DNA of 64,000 nt from Actinomycetota bacterium (GCA_029865895.1 JARXAN010000032.1:11396-75395); one strand, 5' to 3'. Counted from the stretch's first letter, positions 22,896 through 35,349 are shown. A program made the numbers and translations. The notes: generated by a model not told the origin, from the sequence alone.

Positions 22896-24215
22896 TTACT
22901 TCTTGCGGAGGATTGCGATGAACATGGCATCGGTGGCATGCAGGTGTGTCCAAAGCTGTGCTGTCTTTCTGGTGGTGGACATCCCAAGCGCCGGTGAGAT
23001 TCGGTTCAACACCTCGTTGGCATTCACAAGCTCTAGTTCCAAATGAGTGTCGAGCAGCTGTTTGATTTGAGTGTTGGTTTCAATCACCAGTGGCGAGCAG
23101 GTCGAATAGAGCAGATACCCACCGGACTTCAGCGCTTTCGCGGCAGCCGCTAGCAACTCTGACTGAGTCTTGGTGAGTCCCGATAGCTGTTCCGTGGTTT
23201 TTCTCCAGCGTGACTCGGGTTTTCTTCGCACCGAACCAAGTCCGGAACATGGGGCGTCAAGTAGCACCGCATCATAGAAGCCGGCTTTTGCATCCTGACC
23301 GTATCCGACCATCACATTTGCCTGCAGCTTTGGATTGAGCGCTTGTCTCACCAGGTCAGCTCGGTTCGGGATTGGTTCAAGGCAGTCCAAAACACCACCG
23401 GAGGGAGAGATACCCGCCTGCAGCATCGCCGCCTTGCCGCCGGGACCAGCGCACATATCCAACCAGCGACCAGATTTGTCGGCCACCTCTAGCAGGGCAA
23501 GAGCCACAAGCTGTGAGCCTTGATCCTGGACTCTGACTCCCTGGGTTGAAAGGTAGTTTTCGGGATTTCCCTGTGCCAGAAAAGCAGTCGGCGCCGCTCC
23601 GCCGGGCTCTAGCCCCTGATTGGTCAGATACTCGGCTGCCGAAGTATTTGGAAGAGCCGCCAGATTCACGGCCGGGGTTTCGTTGTTCGCCTCAAGTAGC
23701 TGTTCAAGCTGATCTTGTTTGCCATCAAGCTCCAGAGCGCTTCGCAGTGCACTGATGACCCAGGAGGGATGGGAATAGCGAATCGCTAGCGATTCCTCCA
23801 TGCGCTTACCTGCGATGCACTGATCCAGCAGCGCCTCAAAGCCCGCGCGATCCGCATTGCGCAGCACGGCATTCGCCATACCCGCAGCACTTCGCTCAAA
23901 AATCTTGACCAGCTCGACGGTTTCATGAATCGCAGCATGGGCAGGGATTCGCATCCGGAACAGCTGGTGCAATCCCAATCGGATGGCAATGCGCAACTTT
24001 GGTGACAGAGTTTTACCGGCGGTGAAGTGGTCGATGAAACTGTCGTACTGCAATTGCCAGCGCAATGTGCCGTAGCTCAACTCTTGAATCAAACCTCGAT
24101 CGCTATCCGGAACCTGTGCCTTGGTCAGAAAGCTAGGTAGCAGCAGGTTGATGTAGCTATCGGTTTCGGAGACTCTTGCTAGTAGGTCGATGGCAACCAT
24201 TCTTGGATTAGGCAA
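22896..24215 (-). CDS. rsmB: RsmB/NOP-family RNA m5C methyltransferase with NusB-like N-domain
   Basis: VQDQGSQ, DMCAGPGGK, LDAPCSG, YSTCS. Start set at TTG 24215 with SD GGAGGT. Confidence 0.9.
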   Translation of the reverse strand: MPNPRMVAIDLLARVSETDSYINLLLPSFLTKAQVPDSDRGLIQELSYGTLRWQLQYDSFIDHFTAGKTLSPKLRIAIRLGLHQLFRMRIPAHAAIHETVELVKIFERSAAGMANAVLRNADRAGFEALLDQCIAGKRMEESLAIRYSHPSWVISALRSALELDGKQDQLEQLLEANNETPAVNLAALPNTSAAEYLTNQGLEPGGAAPTAFLAQGNPENYLSTQGVRVQDQGSQLVALALLEVADKSGRWLDMCAGPGGKAAMLQAGISPSGGVLDCLEPIPNRADLVRQALNPKLQANVMVGYGQDAKAGFYDAVLLDAPCSGLGSVRRKPESRWRKTTEQLSGLTKTQSELLAAAAKALKSGGYLLYSTCSPLVIETNTQIKQLLDTHLELELVNANEVLNRISPALGMSTTRKTAQLWTHLHATDAMFIAILRKK

Positions 24216-25116
24216 GGACGACCTCCCCGCCCAGCCCGCGATACCAATCAGCTGCGGGCATGACTTGCTTGCCGGCCGGTTGAACTCGAACAAGTTCCAG
24301 CTGAGTACCTTCGCCGCACTCTAGAAGAATGCGCTCGGCAGATTTGGTGACTCGGCCCGGCTTCTGAGCATCCTGCACCCAGCTGGATTTACCCATGGAG
24401 CGGCTCTCTAAGATTCTGACCGGACTGCCGTTTAGTTCGCACCATGCCATCGGCTCGGGATTGAATGCCATCACCACGCGATGCACCTCTAGTGCATTTA
24501 GACCCAGCCCCAATCGAGCGGATTGCCGGTCTAGTTTTGGTGCATAGGTAGCATCGCCAACCTGTGGCTTTGCCACTGGAAATTTTTCAGCTGCGTCAAG
24601 GAAAAGATCGATCCCAGCCACCGTGAACCTCGTAAGTGCCTCGCCGGTTGTTTCATTCTCAAGAGGCTGTATTGGCGTCTGGGCAAGAATTGGCCCGGTA
24701 TCCATGCCAGCATCAAGTTCAAATAGCGATACTCCTGCGCCCACTCCCCCGGAGAGGATTGACTGTTGCAGCGGAGACGCTCCACGCCAAAGTGGCAAAA
24801 GGCTGAAGTGAATGTTCCACCATGGCAGCGCGTCCAGGGCTGATTGTGGAATCAAGCTGCCGAATGCAATCACGAGAGCAATTTCTGCGTCGGCAGCGCT
24901 TACAAGCTCCAGCTCGGCACCGCCAACTCGATTGGCCTTGAGAAGCGGAAGCCCTAATTCGGAAGCCTTCTGTGCCACTGGAGATGGCGTGAGAAGCCTT
25001 TTTCTCCCGACCTCGGCGTCCTCGCGAGTGATCACCAATGCCACTTCATGGTGCTTGGAAACTAAATCGAGGCCAAGGGCCGCGTTTTCTGGGGTGCCAG
25101 CAAAAATAATTCTCAT
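24208..25116 (-). CDS. fmt: Methionyl-tRNA formyltransferase
   Basis: IIFAGTP, NIHFSLLPLWRGASP, GMDTG, TYAPKL. Confidence 0.96.
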   Translation of the reverse strand: MRIIFAGTPENAALGLDLVSKHHEVALVITREDAEVGRKRLLTPSPVAQKASELGLPLLKANRVGGAELELVSAADAEIALVIAFGSLIPQSALDALPWWNIHFSLLPLWRGASPLQQSILSGGVGAGVSLFELDAGMDTGPILAQTPIQPLENETTGEALTRFTVAGIDLFLDAAEKFPVAKPQVGDATYAPKLDRQSARLGLGLNALEVHRVVMAFNPEPMAWCELNGSPVRILESRSMGKSSWVQDAQKPGRVTKSAERILLECGEGTQLELVRVQPAGKQVMPAADWYRGLGGEVVLA

Positions 25117-25127
25117 TTAGAAATCAC

Positions 25128-26972
25128 CTACAGTGCTCCCGGATCGTCCATGACAATCTTGAGACCTCTTCGCTTGTTTGCACCAACCAAACGAGCATTG
25201 GTCTTCAGAGCCAATGACTTGAGGCTAGCGGAAACCTCAGGACCTTGGCTGTAGCTGAAGCGGATGAGCGCAGAAGCATTCTCGGCAAGGTTGCTGCGAA
25301 GTATCACCGCACCGAGCTTGGTTACTGCATCCAGGGCCAGCGAAATGGTCTCCTGAGTCCCCTCAAGGGTTGCGATACGAGCAGCAGGTGGAAGCGAGAG
25401 GCTGTTTACCTCCCTGAAAGCGGTGCTGGCAAGTTCGCGATGCTGTCCCAGCGAGATGGCCTGACCTAGATCTGGATCTAGGCCCGCGATGTGGGCTCGA
25501 CCGGAGTCGGAGAGCAACTCAATCGCCTCCATCCAATCTCGGACCGCACTCTGTTCGGCGCGAAGGTTCGGCATGGATAGCCAAACATCGGAGTCCAGGA
25601 TGAGTAGCGCTGCGTAGCCGCCCTCCACTCTGGGTGCTGATCCGGGAGTCGCAAGAACTAGGTGCTTACTCTTTTTGACCGCAGAGACCTTGGTGTCCGA
25701 TGTGAATTCAGAGATTGTGATACCGGGAAACGCTTTACCGAATTCGGCAGCGGTCCGGGTGCTTCCGGTGCGTCCTCTTCTGAGTTTCGAAGAACCGCAG
25801 TTTGCACAACCGTGGCTTATCCCCTGGCAAACTCGACAGCGATACTCGCCCTTCTCTGTTTCCCAGATTGGCCCCTTGCAGCTTTGGCAAACCAGTCTCT
25901 CGTCACACCCAGCGCAGTAGACGGTTGCCGAGTTTCCCTTTCGAGGGATAAGAACCAGTACAGGCCCATTTTCAAGAGCATCCCTCATCAACTTGAAGCT
26001 CGCGGCATCAAGGCGTTGCGCCGGAGGTGAGAAGGAAATACGTGCCGGTGGCAGATTGATAGATAGGTCCTTTAGGTAACCAATCTCAACAAGGCGCTGG
26101 ACTTCGAGGGAGCGATAGTTGCCGGCCAAAAGTAACTTGATTCCGCTCACGGCTCGCATCAGGGCTATTTCCCGAGCGTGGGTGTAGGGCGAACCCTGCT
26201 CACGAAGCGAATCGTCAGCATCATCGAAGATCGCAATCAACCCAAGGTTTTTCACCGGTGCATAAATAGCGGAACGAGTTCCAACCACGATCGATACGTC
26301 CTGTTCGAGAACCCTGTGAAAGCCAATGAATCGATCTGACTTTCTGGCCCCGGGTAGCGCGGTCGTAACGGCACTTTCAAGTCCAACCGCCTTGAATAAA
26401 GACGTTAGTTGGAGGATTTGGTCTTTCTCAGGTAGCACCAATATCGATGATTTCCCTTGAACCAAGGCATCATTGGCAGCCTTGAGGAAGAGCCAGCACC
26501 AATCTGGATATCTGAGGGTTTCAAATGTGATGGACCGGGCTGACGTCAGCACCGCCGATCTTTCAGGAAGCGCACTAATACCTGGAATCTGCGGAAGTGA
26601 GATAACGCCCTGAGGTGAGCCCTGAACCTCCGACTTCATAATGCGTGGCATGTGCTCTACAACTGCCTGCTGCAGAATCTCCCCGAGAGCTACCGCCTGA
26701 CGATTGGCGACTTGGCGCGCCAAGGCAAAGATTTCGACTGTCACCACGGGGGTCTCATCAACTATCTCAACCAGCTCTGAGGTTGCAAATGAGCTTTCTG
26801 CCGGCAACGCGGAGATGAATCCGGTTGCAAGTTTCTTGGTTCTACCGAGTTGGAACTTAACGCGCTGCCCAACCTTCACAGTTTCGGAAAGGTTTGCGGG
26901 CACCAAAAAGTCAAACTCCCGATCAAGCTGAAGCAAGTCGGACTCTACAACTACGCTCGCGTAGTTGGCCAC
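25128..26972 (-). CDS. priA: Primosomal protein N' (PriA) with degenerate helicase motifs
   Basis: DREFDFLVP 3'-binding domain, VVGTRSAIYAP, four CxxC pairs; metK-priA-fmt synteny. Confidence 0.9.
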   Translation of the reverse strand: MANYASVVVESDLLQLDREFDFLVPANLSETVKVGQRVKFQLGRTKKLATGFISALPAESSFATSELVEIVDETPVVTVEIFALARQVANRQAVALGEILQQAVVEHMPRIMKSEVQGSPQGVISLPQIPGISALPERSAVLTSARSITFETLRYPDWCWLFLKAANDALVQGKSSILVLPEKDQILQLTSLFKAVGLESAVTTALPGARKSDRFIGFHRVLEQDVSIVVGTRSAIYAPVKNLGLIAIFDDADDSLREQGSPYTHAREIALMRAVSGIKLLLAGNYRSLEVQRLVEIGYLKDLSINLPPARISFSPPAQRLDAASFKLMRDALENGPVLVLIPRKGNSATVYCAGCDERLVCQSCKGPIWETEKGEYRCRVCQGISHGCANCGSSKLRRGRTGSTRTAAEFGKAFPGITISEFTSDTKVSAVKKSKHLVLATPGSAPRVEGGYAALLILDSDVWLSMPNLRAEQSAVRDWMEAIELLSDSGRAHIAGLDPDLGQAISLGQHRELASTAFREVNSLSLPPAARIATLEGTQETISLALDAVTKLGAVILRSNLAENASALIRFSYSQGPEVSASLKSLALKTNARLVGANKRRGLKIVMDDPGAL

Positions 26973-28160
26973 CTAGCGACCCGCTGCCTCGCGAAGCGCA
27001 TCCGCACGATCGGTGCGTTCCCAGGTGAATTCCGAAAGCTCGCGGCCAAAGTGACCGTATGCAGCTGTCTTTGCGTAGATAGGACGCTTTAGGTCTAGCT
27101 CACGGATGATTGCCGCGGGTCTTAGGTCAAATACCTGGTGGACAGCTCTCTCAATAGCCTGAGTGTCGACCTTCTCGGTGCCGAAGGTCTCAACGAAGAC
27201 TGCAACCGGCTTCGCAACACCAATCGCATATGCCACTTGAATCTCGGCTCGATCTGCGAGGCCAGCAGCAACGATGTTCTTTGCCACCCAACGCATTGCG
27301 TATGCAGCCGAGCGGTCAACCTTCGATGGGTCCTTGCCGCTAAAGGCGCCACCACCGTGACGTGCCATGCCGCCATAGGTGTCGACAATGATCTTGCGTC
27401 CGGTTAGGCCAGCGTCACCCTGAGGACCACCGATAACGAACCTGCCGGATGGGTTAATGAAGAACTTGGTGTCATCAGATTTCAAACCAGACTCGCTCAA
27501 AACAGGTTGAATCACACGCTCAAGAACTAGCCTGGCAAGGTCGTCTTGCGAAATGTCTGGGTGGTGCTGAGTTGAGAGCACAACGGTATCGATGGAGACA
27601 GGAATCGCGCCGTCATAGTTGACCGAGACCTGCGCCTTTCCATCTGGGCGAATCATGCCGTTATTCAGTTCTCTTCTGACAATGCTCAAACGCTCGGTGA
27701 TTCGGTGTGAGAGCAGAATCGGCGTCGGCATCAGCACGGAAGTCTCATTGGTGGCATAGCCAAACATCATGCCCTGGTCGCCGGCACCAAGCCTGCTGTC
27801 TTCATCTGCGGAGCCGGCTCGTGACTCAAGTGCGTCATCAACGCCGCCTGCAATGTCTGGCGATTGTGCGCCGATGGAAACCGAAACTCCACAGCTGTTG
27901 CCATCAAACCCAATCTGAGAGGAGTTGTAGCCGATGTCGATAAGTTTTTGACGAACCAGCTGAGGAATCTCAACGTAACCGCTTGTGGTTACCTCGCCGG
28001 CAACGTGAACTAGGCCGGTGGTAACGAGGGTTTCAACGGCAACGCGAGCGTCAGGATCTTGCTCAAGCATGGCATCGAGGATGGTGTCACTGATTTGGTC
28101 ACAGATCTTGTCTGGGTGACCTTCGGTTACAGATTCCGAGGTAAAAGTGCGTAGCGTCAT
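26973..28160 (-). CDS. metK: S-adenosylmethionine synthetase
   Basis: [28 protein letters not shown]. Confidence 0.98.
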   Translation of the reverse strand: MTLRTFTSESVTEGHPDKICDQISDTILDAMLEQDPDARVAVETLVTTGLVHVAGEVTTSGYVEIPQLVRQKLIDIGYNSSQIGFDGNSCGVSVSIGAQSPDIAGGVDDALESRAGSADEDSRLGAGDQGMMFGYATNETSVLMPTPILLSHRITERLSIVRRELNNGMIRPDGKAQVSVNYDGAIPVSIDTVVLSTQHHPDISQDDLARLVLERVIQPVLSESGLKSDDTKFFINPSGRFVIGGPQGDAGLTGRKIIVDTYGGMARHGGGAFSGKDPSKVDRSAAYAMRWVAKNIVAAGLADRAEIQVAYAIGVAKPVAVFVETFGTEKVDTQAIERAVHQVFDLRPAAIIRELDLKRPIYAKTAAYGHFGRELSEFTWERTDRADALREAAGR

Positions 28161-28181
28161 GCCTGAAAGTTTAGCTGGAAG

Positions 28182-29324
28182 CTACTTGATTAGCTTGGAA
28201 ACCAGTTCGATGATCGACTTACTGACTTCTGTCTTGCTACCTGTTAATTCGACCGCGTCATCCTTGGTTACAAACTGAACCAGGGTCTCTTGACTGCCTA
28301 GGGCTTCGAACGAGTTGCCAATCACCGCCGTCACTGATTTGTCCCAGAGTTTTCCCCGAGCGATCTCGATCAAGCGTTCCTGAGTTTCCTCTGCCAGGGC
28401 GAATGCGATGCTTACCGAGTTCGGGTGATTAGCCGCGAAGTTGGCAATCAGGTCCTTGGTTGGAGTTAGTTCAAGATTCAAACCGTCGGAACGCTTCAGC
28501 TTTCCAAGATATGGATTCTGAACCCTGAAGTCCGACACGGCTGCTGCCATGATGATCGCATCACAATCGCGGTCCATCGCTAGCTCAAGTTCATCCACCG
28601 TACCCACGCGAGTAACCTCAATACCCTTAGGTAGCGGCAGGTCAATGTTTGCCGCAATAAGGGAAACCTGGGCTCCGGCATCGCGTGCTGCCTTGGCAAG
28701 TTCGATCCCCATTCGGCCGGAAGAGGAGTTGCCGATGTATCTCACGGCGTCGATTGGTTCTCTAGTTCCACCGGCTGTGACTAGCACGTGCTTTCCCTTG
28801 AGCGGAAGATCCTGCATCGCGAAGGCGATAATGTCTTCGGTCTCTGGAAGTCTTCCCGGACCCGAGTCATCTCCGGTTAGTCGACCTGAAGCCGGTTCCA
28901 TTAGGCGCACTCCCCTGGATTCCAAGGTGCTCACATTGTCTTGAGTAGCTTGATTCAGCCACATCTCGGTGTGCATTGCAGGGCAGACAATCACCGGTGC
29001 GTTCGAAGCCAAAATGGCATTCAGCATAAGATCATCAGCAATACCGGCTGCGTACCGCGCCAAGAATGACGCTGTGGCCGGAGCAATAAGAATTAGGTCT
29101 GCCTGCTGACCAAGTTCAACGTGCCGAACTTGTGCGACATCCTCATACATGTCGGTTTCGATTGCGTGACCGCTCAGTGCTTCTAAGGTTGGCTTGCCAA
29201 TAAATCGAAGGGCGTTTTCGGTTGGAACGACAGTCACCTGGTGACCGAGTTCGCTTAGACCGCGAATGAGATTGGCGGCCTTATAGGCAGCGATTCCGCC
29301 AGTGATGCCAAGCAGAATGCGCAT
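28182..29324 (-). CDS. coaBC: Bifunctional phosphopantothenoylcysteine decarboxylase/synthetase
   Basis: GITGGIAAYK, PAMHTEMW, TAGGTREPIDAVRYIGNSSSGRMG, AAVSDF. Confidence 0.96.
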   Translation of the reverse strand: MRILLGITGGIAAYKAANLIRGLSELGHQVTVVPTENALRFIGKPTLEALSGHAIETDMYEDVAQVRHVELGQQADLILIAPATASFLARYAAGIADDLMLNAILASNAPVIVCPAMHTEMWLNQATQDNVSTLESRGVRLMEPASGRLTGDDSGPGRLPETEDIIAFAMQDLPLKGKHVLVTAGGTREPIDAVRYIGNSSSGRMGIELAKAARDAGAQVSLIAANIDLPLPKGIEVTRVGTVDELELAMDRDCDAIIMAAAVSDFRVQNPYLGKLKRSDGLNLELTPTKDLIANFAANHPNSVSIAFALAEETQERLIEIARGKLWDKSVTAVIGNSFEALGSQETLVQFVTKDDAVELTGSKTEVSKSIIELVSKLIK

Positions 29325-29333
29325 GGTGGGAAA

Positions 29334-29588
29334 TTAGTTAGCGGACTTCTTGATGAGCTTGCCCTCGTAAGCCTCGCGAAGTGCGATGCTCAAAGGCTTG
29401 TCATCGATTGAGGAGTCAACCAGTGGTCCAACGTAGTTGAACAGGCTTCCCTCGTGCAGAGCGCTGTAGTACTCGTTGATCTGGCGAGCGCGCTTGGAAG
29501 CGAAGATGACTAGCTCATAGTTTGAGCCGACCTTGCTTAGCAACTCGTCGATTGGCGGGTAAACAATTCCTTCAAGCTTGTCGCTCAT
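29334..29588 (-). CDS. rpoZ: RNA polymerase omega subunit
   Basis: [30 protein letters not shown]. Confidence 0.96.
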   Translation of the reverse strand: MSDKLEGIVYPPIDELLSKVGSNYELVIFASKRARQINEYYSALHEGSLFNYVGPLVDSSIDDKPLSIALREAYEGKLIKKSAN

Positions 29589-30145
29589 GATCCTCTTTCA
29601 GCTCTGTGAACCAATTCTACGACCTCACGGGCGCAAGCCTCTAGGTCCAAGTTGGTTAGTTGGTAGTCAAACTCCCCCGCAGCTGCAAGTTCTGTGCGGG
29701 CTGTGCTCAGTCTAGTTTGAATTTGCTCTTCTGTCTCGGTTCCTCTTGATCTCAACCTGCGCTCGAGCTCCTCAAAGCTTGGCGGGTTGATGAAAATCAT
29801 CAGGGCTTGAGGCATTTTCTTGCGGACTTGCCTTGCACCCTGAAGGTCGATCTCGAGCAATAGATGCTTGTTCTGAGCTTCTGCGCGCGAGAGTTCGCTC
29901 AGTGGCGTGCCATAGAGGTGCCGGCCGTGCACTTGCGCCCACTCAAGCATTTGATTCTGAGAAATCAACGTCCGAAATGACTCCTCAGTAACGAAGTGGT
30001 AGTGCACCCCGTCCACTTCGCCGGGTCTAGGGTCTCGAGTTGTGGCCGATACCGACAGCATGAAGTCATCGGTGTTATGCAAGATCCACTTCACAATGGA
30101 ACCCTTACCAACACCGGCTGGACCGGCTAGAACAATCAGGCTCAT
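29585..30145 (-). CDS. gmk: Guanylate kinase
   Basis: [29 protein letters not shown]. Confidence 0.97.
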   Translation of the reverse strand: MSLIVLAGPAGVGKGSIVKWILHNTDDFMLSVSATTRDPRPGEVDGVHYHFVTEESFRTLISQNQMLEWAQVHGRHLYGTPLSELSRAEAQNKHLLLEIDLQGARQVRKKMPQALMIFINPPSFEELERRLRSRGTETEEQIQTRLSTARTELAAAGEFDYQLTNLDLEACAREVVELVHRAERGS

Positions 30146-30948
30146 AGCTTTGCCTTTGCCTTCTCAATCAGGTTTGAAACCTGCTCCGGACCGCTCTTGG
30201 TCAATTCTCGAGACATCGAGGCAATCACGCGGTGCGAGGAGGCCCCGAAGGTAGTTGAGAGATCCTCTAGTCGAGCGCCCTGAGCGCCGAATCCCGGGGC
30301 AAGAATTGGAATCCCCACGTCCGTATCCAGGATGTTGCCGATGCCAAAGTCAGTGAGGTTCTGGGTGGCACCGATGACCACTCCCATCTCCCCCTTACCG
30401 ATCTCTTGGGCAGCGTCGATCACGGTGCGAGCAACGGTCCTGCCGCCAATCAGAGCTTTCTGCAGTTGGGCTGCCTCTGGGTTGCTGGTTGCAGCGAGGA
30501 TAAACAGCCCGCCCTCAACATCCTGCGCGTAGTTCAATGTCTCCCGAAGCGATTCGGGACCAAGATAGCCACTAACCGTCAGGGCATCTGAGCGCAACGG
30601 TGAATCATCTCCAAACCAAGCGGAGGCGTAGCCAAGCATGGTTGATCCAATATCACCGCGTTTCGCATCTGCGATCACGATAAATCCGGCATCCCTGGCT
30701 TCTCGAATGATCTCCTCCAGGGTTTGGTATCCCAGTGAGCCATATCGCTCAAAGAAACCGACCTGTGGCTTGATGATTCCAAGCTTGCCCTGTGCGCTGT
30801 CGATAATTCGCAATCCAAATTCTCGAGCACCTGCCGCGGTATCGGGCAGGTCCCAATTGTCCAACTCGCTCTCCGAAGGATCGATACCGATGCAAATTGG
30901 AGAGAACTTGGCCATCGCCTCGCTCAGGCGAACTGAGAATTTAGCCAC
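30142..30948 (-). CDS. pyrF: Orotidine-5'-phosphate decarboxylase
   Basis: [30 protein letters not shown]. Confidence 0.96.
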   Translation of the reverse strand: MAKFSVRLSEAMAKFSPICIGIDPSESELDNWDLPDTAAGAREFGLRIIDSAQGKLGIIKPQVGFFERYGSLGYQTLEEIIREARDAGFIVIADAKRGDIGSTMLGYASAWFGDDSPLRSDALTVSGYLGPESLRETLNYAQDVEGGLFILAATSNPEAAQLQKALIGGRTVARTVIDAAQEIGKGEMGVVIGATQNLTDFGIGNILDTDVGIPILAPGFGAQGARLEDLSTTFGASSHRVIASMSRELTKSGPEQVSNLIEKAKAKL

Positions 30949-33900
30949 CGATCATTGCCTTTCGCTCACGCGCATATTCTTGCAGTGGCTTGACCTTGAA
31001 CTTGCCCTCGCGAATAACCTCAAATGATCCAATTGCCGCGCTCAGCTGAGCAGCGGTGGTAAAGATTGGCTTATCGGCAGCTGTGGTGGCGGCACGGATC
31101 TCGTAACCATCGATACGAGCATCTGCTCCGCTTGGGGTGTTGACTACGACATCGACTTCGCCGGCAGTGATCATGTCCACAATCGATCGCTGCCCGTCTG
31201 TGGCCTTCGAGTGCTTGATTACTGCCTCCGCGGTGATGCCGTGACGTCCTAGCATCTTGGCCGTTCCCTCGGTTGCCAGGATTCGATAACCAAGCTGCGA
31301 GAGCCTGCGAACTGGCAGCAGGAGTTGCGGCTTGTCTCTATCCGCAACCGATACGAACACCGTGCCGCTGGTTGGAAGTGATGAACCCGCTCCAGCCTGG
31401 CTCTTTGCAAAGGCGGTTGGGAAGTCCACGTCAATGCCCATCACCTCACCGGTTGAACGCATCTCTGGTCCAAGGAGTGAGTCAACAAAGCGACCATCCT
31501 TGGTTGCAAAGCGCTTGAATGGCAATACCGCTTCCTTTACAGAAATCGGCGTGCCAGCAGGCAGGTGCCTTCCATCCTGAGCAGGTAGGTGGCCCTCTTG
31601 AACCAGTCGCTCGATGCTCCAGCCAGCCATAACCAGTGCTGCTGCTTTGGCCAAGGTGATACCCAGTGCCTTCGAAACAAATGGCACGGTTCGGGATGCT
31701 CTTGGGTTTGCCTCAAGCACATACAGAACGTCTGATGCCAAAGCGAACTGAACGTTCAGTAGTCCCTTCACCTTCAAACCGCGGGCAATCTGCTCGGTGG
31801 CTTGCGACACGCGATCGATTTGGGTTTCACTGAGTGTGATCGGTGGCAGGGTGCAGCTTGAGTCACCAGAGTGAATACCGGCCTCCTCGATGTGCTCCAT
31901 GACTCCACCGACAAACAGTTGCTCGCCATCAAACAGGGCGTCGATGTCGATCTCGATGGCATCGTCCAAGAAGCGATCAACCAAGAGCGGGTGCTGGTTA
32001 TCAACAAGAGCGTGTCCCGCAATTCGGTCGAAGTAGCCATTTAGGGTCGCCTCGTCGTAGACAATCTCCATTCCACGTCCACCAAGCACGAATGATGGTC
32101 GAACCAATACCGGATAACCGATCCGATTTGCGACCGCTACTGCCTCCGAAAGGTCGGTTGCCATTCCGTTTGCTGGAGCCCTCAGGCCGGCCGCGTCCAA
32201 GATCTGCTGGAACTGGCCGCGCTCTTCTGCCTGATCGATCGACTCTGGAGTGGTTCCGAGAATAGGAATCCCATAGGACTCCAAGCCCCTGGCCAGTCCA
32301 AGTGCGGTTTGTCCTCCGAGTTGCACCATGACGCCAAGTAGTTCGCCTGACTGCGACTCAGCGTGGATAACCTCCAGCACGTCCTCGAGCGTCAAAGGCT
32401 CAAAGTAGAGCCGATCAGAGGTGTCGTAGTCGGTTGACACTGTTTCTGGGTTGCAGTTGATCATGATGGTCTCAAACCCAGCATCACGCAGTGCGAAAGC
32501 AGCGTGAACGCAGCTGTAGTCAAATTCAACTCCCTGACCAATACGGTTTGGCCCTGAACCCAAGATGACCACCTTTTTACGCTCAGAAGGCCGCACCTCG
32601 GTCATTTGCTCGTAAGAGCTGTAGTGATATGGAGTTAGGGCTGGGAACTCTCCGGCACAGGTATCAACGGTTTTGAATACCGGTCTGAGGTCCAAGCTGT
32701 AGCGAAGTTCACGAACCTCGGCCTCGGTTAGCCCGCGAATCTGAGCGATCTGAATGTCCGAGAAACCGTGCTGCTTGGCTCGCTTTAGAGAATCTCTGTC
32801 AAGCTCTGGAAGCTCCCCCAACCATTTGGCAATCTCGTTGATCAGAACGATCTGGTCGATAAACCAAGGGTCAATCTTTGTCGCTTCAAAGGCTTGTTCT
32901 GCTGTGGCGCCAAGTCGAAGAGCCTGCTGCAACTGAACTACGCGCTCATCGGTCGGAGTCTTAATCTTCTCTAGTAGCTCATCAGCAGATAGTGACTGCG
33001 GTCCCCAGTGGAAGGAGCTCCCGCGCTTTTCCAAGGACCTCAGTGCCTTCTGTAGCGCCTGGGTGAAGGTTCTACCGATGGCCATGGCCTCGCCAACACT
33101 CTTCATGGTGGTTGTAAGGGTTGGGTCGGCTGCCGGGAACTTCTCAAATGCAAAGCGAGGTGCTTTGACAACGATGTAGTCCAGAGTTGGTTCGAACGAC
33201 GCCGGCGTAACACCTGTGATGTCGTTAGGAATCTCGTCCAAGGTGTAACCAATTGCTAGCTTGGCCGCGATCTTTGCGATCGGGAAGCCGGTTGCCTTAG
33301 AGGCCAATGCAGAGGATCTAGAAACACGCGGGTTCATCTCGATAACGATGATGCGGCCATCAACCGGGTCAACCGCAAACTGAATGTTGCAACCTCCGGT
33401 GTCAACACCAACCGCTCGAATGATGTCGATAGATATGTCGCGCAGCCTTTGATACTCACGGTCGGTCAGCGTCATAGCGGGAGCCACAGTGATCGAGTCA
33501 CCGGTGTGCACGCCAACAGGGTCAAAGTTCTCAATCGAGCAAACCACAACCGTGTTGTCGTGTCTGTCGCGCATGAGCTCCAGCTCATACTCTTTCCAGC
33601 CGAGAATCGATTCTTCGAGCAGAACTTCGGTGGTTGGCGATGCTTGCAAGCCAGCACCAGCAATTCTTCTTAGGTCAGTCTCGTTGTAGGCAAATCCCGA
33701 ACCCAGGCCGCCCATGGTGAAGCTTGGGCGAACCACTACCGGATAACCGAGTTGGTTTGCTCCGGCAATTACCTCTTCGATGGTGTGGGCAATTACACTC
33801 CTTGCCACGTCAGCACCAGCATCGATCACCAGCTGCTTGAAGATTTGACGGTCCTCACCGGCGTTGATGGCAGCGACATTCGCACCAATCAGCTCAACAC

Positions 33901-34234
33901 CGTACTTCTCGAGTGACCCTCTGGCGTGTAGCGCCATCGCCGCATTCAAAGCAGTCTGACCACCCAGGGTGGGCAAAATGGCGTCCGGCTTCTCCTTCTC
34001 GATGATCGCCTCGATGACCTCCGGAGTGATTGGTTCAACGTAGGTGGCGTCTGCGAAGTCTGGATCGGTCATGATGGTCGCAGGGTTGGAATTGATCAGG
34101 ATTACCCTGATGCCCTCCTCCTGTAGGACTCGGCAAGCCTGAGTTCCCGAATAGTCAAACTCACATGCCTGTCCAATCACGATTGGACCGGAGCCGATAA
34201 CCAGTACGGACTTTATATCGCTGCGCTTTGGCAT
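30941..34234 (-). CDS. carB: Carbamoyl-phosphate synthase large chain
   Basis: [21 protein letters not shown], two ATP-grasp halves, MGS-like end. Confidence 0.99.
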   Translation of the reverse strand: MPKRSDIKSVLVIGSGPIVIGQACEFDYSGTQACRVLQEEGIRVILINSNPATIMTDPDFADATYVEPITPEVIEAIIEKEKPDAILPTLGGQTALNAAMALHARGSLEKYGVELIGANVAAINAGEDRQIFKQLVIDAGADVARSVIAHTIEEVIAGANQLGYPVVVRPSFTMGGLGSGFAYNETDLRRIAGAGLQASPTTEVLLEESILGWKEYELELMRDRHDNTVVVCSIENFDPVGVHTGDSITVAPAMTLTDREYQRLRDISIDIIRAVGVDTGGCNIQFAVDPVDGRIIVIEMNPRVSRSSALASKATGFPIAKIAAKLAIGYTLDEIPNDITGVTPASFEPTLDYIVVKAPRFAFEKFPAADPTLTTTMKSVGEAMAIGRTFTQALQKALRSLEKRGSSFHWGPQSLSADELLEKIKTPTDERVVQLQQALRLGATAEQAFEATKIDPWFIDQIVLINEIAKWLGELPELDRDSLKRAKQHGFSDIQIAQIRGLTEAEVRELRYSLDLRPVFKTVDTCAGEFPALTPYHYSSYEQMTEVRPSERKKVVILGSGPNRIGQGVEFDYSCVHAAFALRDAGFETIMINCNPETVSTDYDTSDRLYFEPLTLEDVLEVIHAESQSGELLGVMVQLGGQTALGLARGLESYGIPILGTTPESIDQAEERGQFQQILDAAGLRAPANGMATDLSEAVAVANRIGYPVLVRPSFVLGGRGMEIVYDEATLNGYFDRIAGHALVDNQHPLLVDRFLDDAIEIDIDALFDGEQLFVGGVMEHIEEAGIHSGDSSCTLPPITLSETQIDRVSQATEQIARGLKVKGLLNVQFALASDVLYVLEANPRASRTVPFVSKALGITLAKAAALVMAGWSIERLVQEGHLPAQDGRHLPAGTPISVKEAVLPFKRFATKDGRFVDSLLGPEMRSTGEVMGIDVDFPTAFAKSQAGAGSSLPTSGTVFVSVADRDKPQLLLPVRRLSQLGYRILATEGTAKMLGRHGITAEAVIKHSKATDGQRSIVDMITAGEVDVVVNTPSGADARIDGYEIRAATTAADKPIFTTAAQLSAAIGSFEVIREGKFKVKPLQEYARERKAMIGG

Positions 34235-35349
34235 TAGCGGCTCTCCTCAATCATGCGAACAAACTTGTCGAACAGGTAGTGGCTATCGTGTGGACCAGCG
34301 GCAGCCTCTGGGTGATACTGAACCGAGAACGCTTTAATGTCCAAGCACTCAAGACCTTCGACAACCTGGTCATTCAGTCCGCGGTGACTCACCCGGACTC
34401 TTCCAAAGCCCTCTGGGGATTCCTGCTCATCGCCATCCACTCGAACCGCAAACCCGTGGTTGTGAGCTGTTACCTCGACGCGACCCGTCTCCGAGTTCAT
34501 AACCGGCTGGTTGATGCCGCGGTGTCCAAAGGCAAGCTTGTAGGTTTCAAAACCAAGCGCTCTGCCAAGCAGCTGGTTACCAAAGCAGATTCCAAAGAAT
34601 GGCACTCCCTTGCGAAGCACCTCGCGCAGCATCGCCACCTGAGATCCGCTGGCCTGAGGGTCACCTGGGCCGTTCGAGAAAAAGACCGCATCGGGCTTGC
34701 CGGCCAGGATCTGCTCCGCGCTTACATCCGCGGGGTGGACCTCTACCTCTAGGCCTCTTTCGGCAAGGTGCTCAATGGTGGATCGCTTGATTCCAAGGTC
34801 CAAAATTGCCACTTTTCCGATTCGGTTCCCCTCAGCCGCAACCGTGTATAGCGAATCGGTTGTTACCTGGGAGCTGAAGCTGGCGCCCTTCATCTCGGGC
34901 GCTGCGGTTACTTTGGAGAGCATCTGTGCGCTGGATGCAATGGCCTCACCGGAGAAGATTCCGGCGCGCATTGCTCCAGCGTCTCTGATTTGAAGGGTAA
35001 TTGCCCTGGTGTCAACGTTGCTGATGCCAACGATGCCCTGATCGATTAGATCTTGTGCGAGGTCACGCTCAGCCCTGAAGTTACTCGACAGTCTGGAAGG
35101 CTCGCGAACCACGTAGCCGGCGACCCAGATTCGCGAAGATTCCTCATCTCGCTTATTGGTTCCAACAATTCCGATGTGTGGCGCGGTCTGAAGCACAATC
35201 TGACCTGCGTAGGAGGGGTCGGTGATGGTTTCCTGGTAACCGGTCATTCCGGTGGCGAAGACCAGTTCGCCAAGGCTCAGACCCTTGGCACCGTAGCTTT
35301 CACCTTCAAAGACCTGGCCGTTCTCTAGGACTAGATAAGCCTTATCCAA
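34234..35349 (-). CDS. carA: Carbamoyl-phosphate synthase small chain
   Basis: [32 protein letters not shown] 35349 has a GGAG SD; TTG 35361 is an alternative start. Confidence 0.97.
   Translation of the reverse strand: MDKAYLVLENGQVFEGESYGAKGLSLGELVFATGMTGYQETITDPSYAGQIVLQTAPHIGIVGTNKRDEESSRIWVAGYVVREPSRLSSNFRAERDLAQDLIDQGIVGISNVDTRAITLQIRDAGAMRAGIFSGEAIASSAQMLSKVTAAPEMKGASFSSQVTTDSLYTVAAEGNRIGKVAILDLGIKRSTIEHLAERGLEVEVHPADVSAEQILAGKPDAVFFSNGPGDPQASGSQVAMLREVLRKGVPFFGICFGNQLLGRALGFETYKLAFGHRGINQPVMNSETGRVEVTAHNHGFAVRVDGDEQESPEGFGRVRVSHRGLNDQVVEGLECLDIKAFSVQYHPEAAAGPHDSHYLFDKFVRMIEESR

Noticed and set aside
25128-26972. priA as a pseudogene
   Set aside because: The frame is intact over 614 aa with all Zn ligands and normal synteny.
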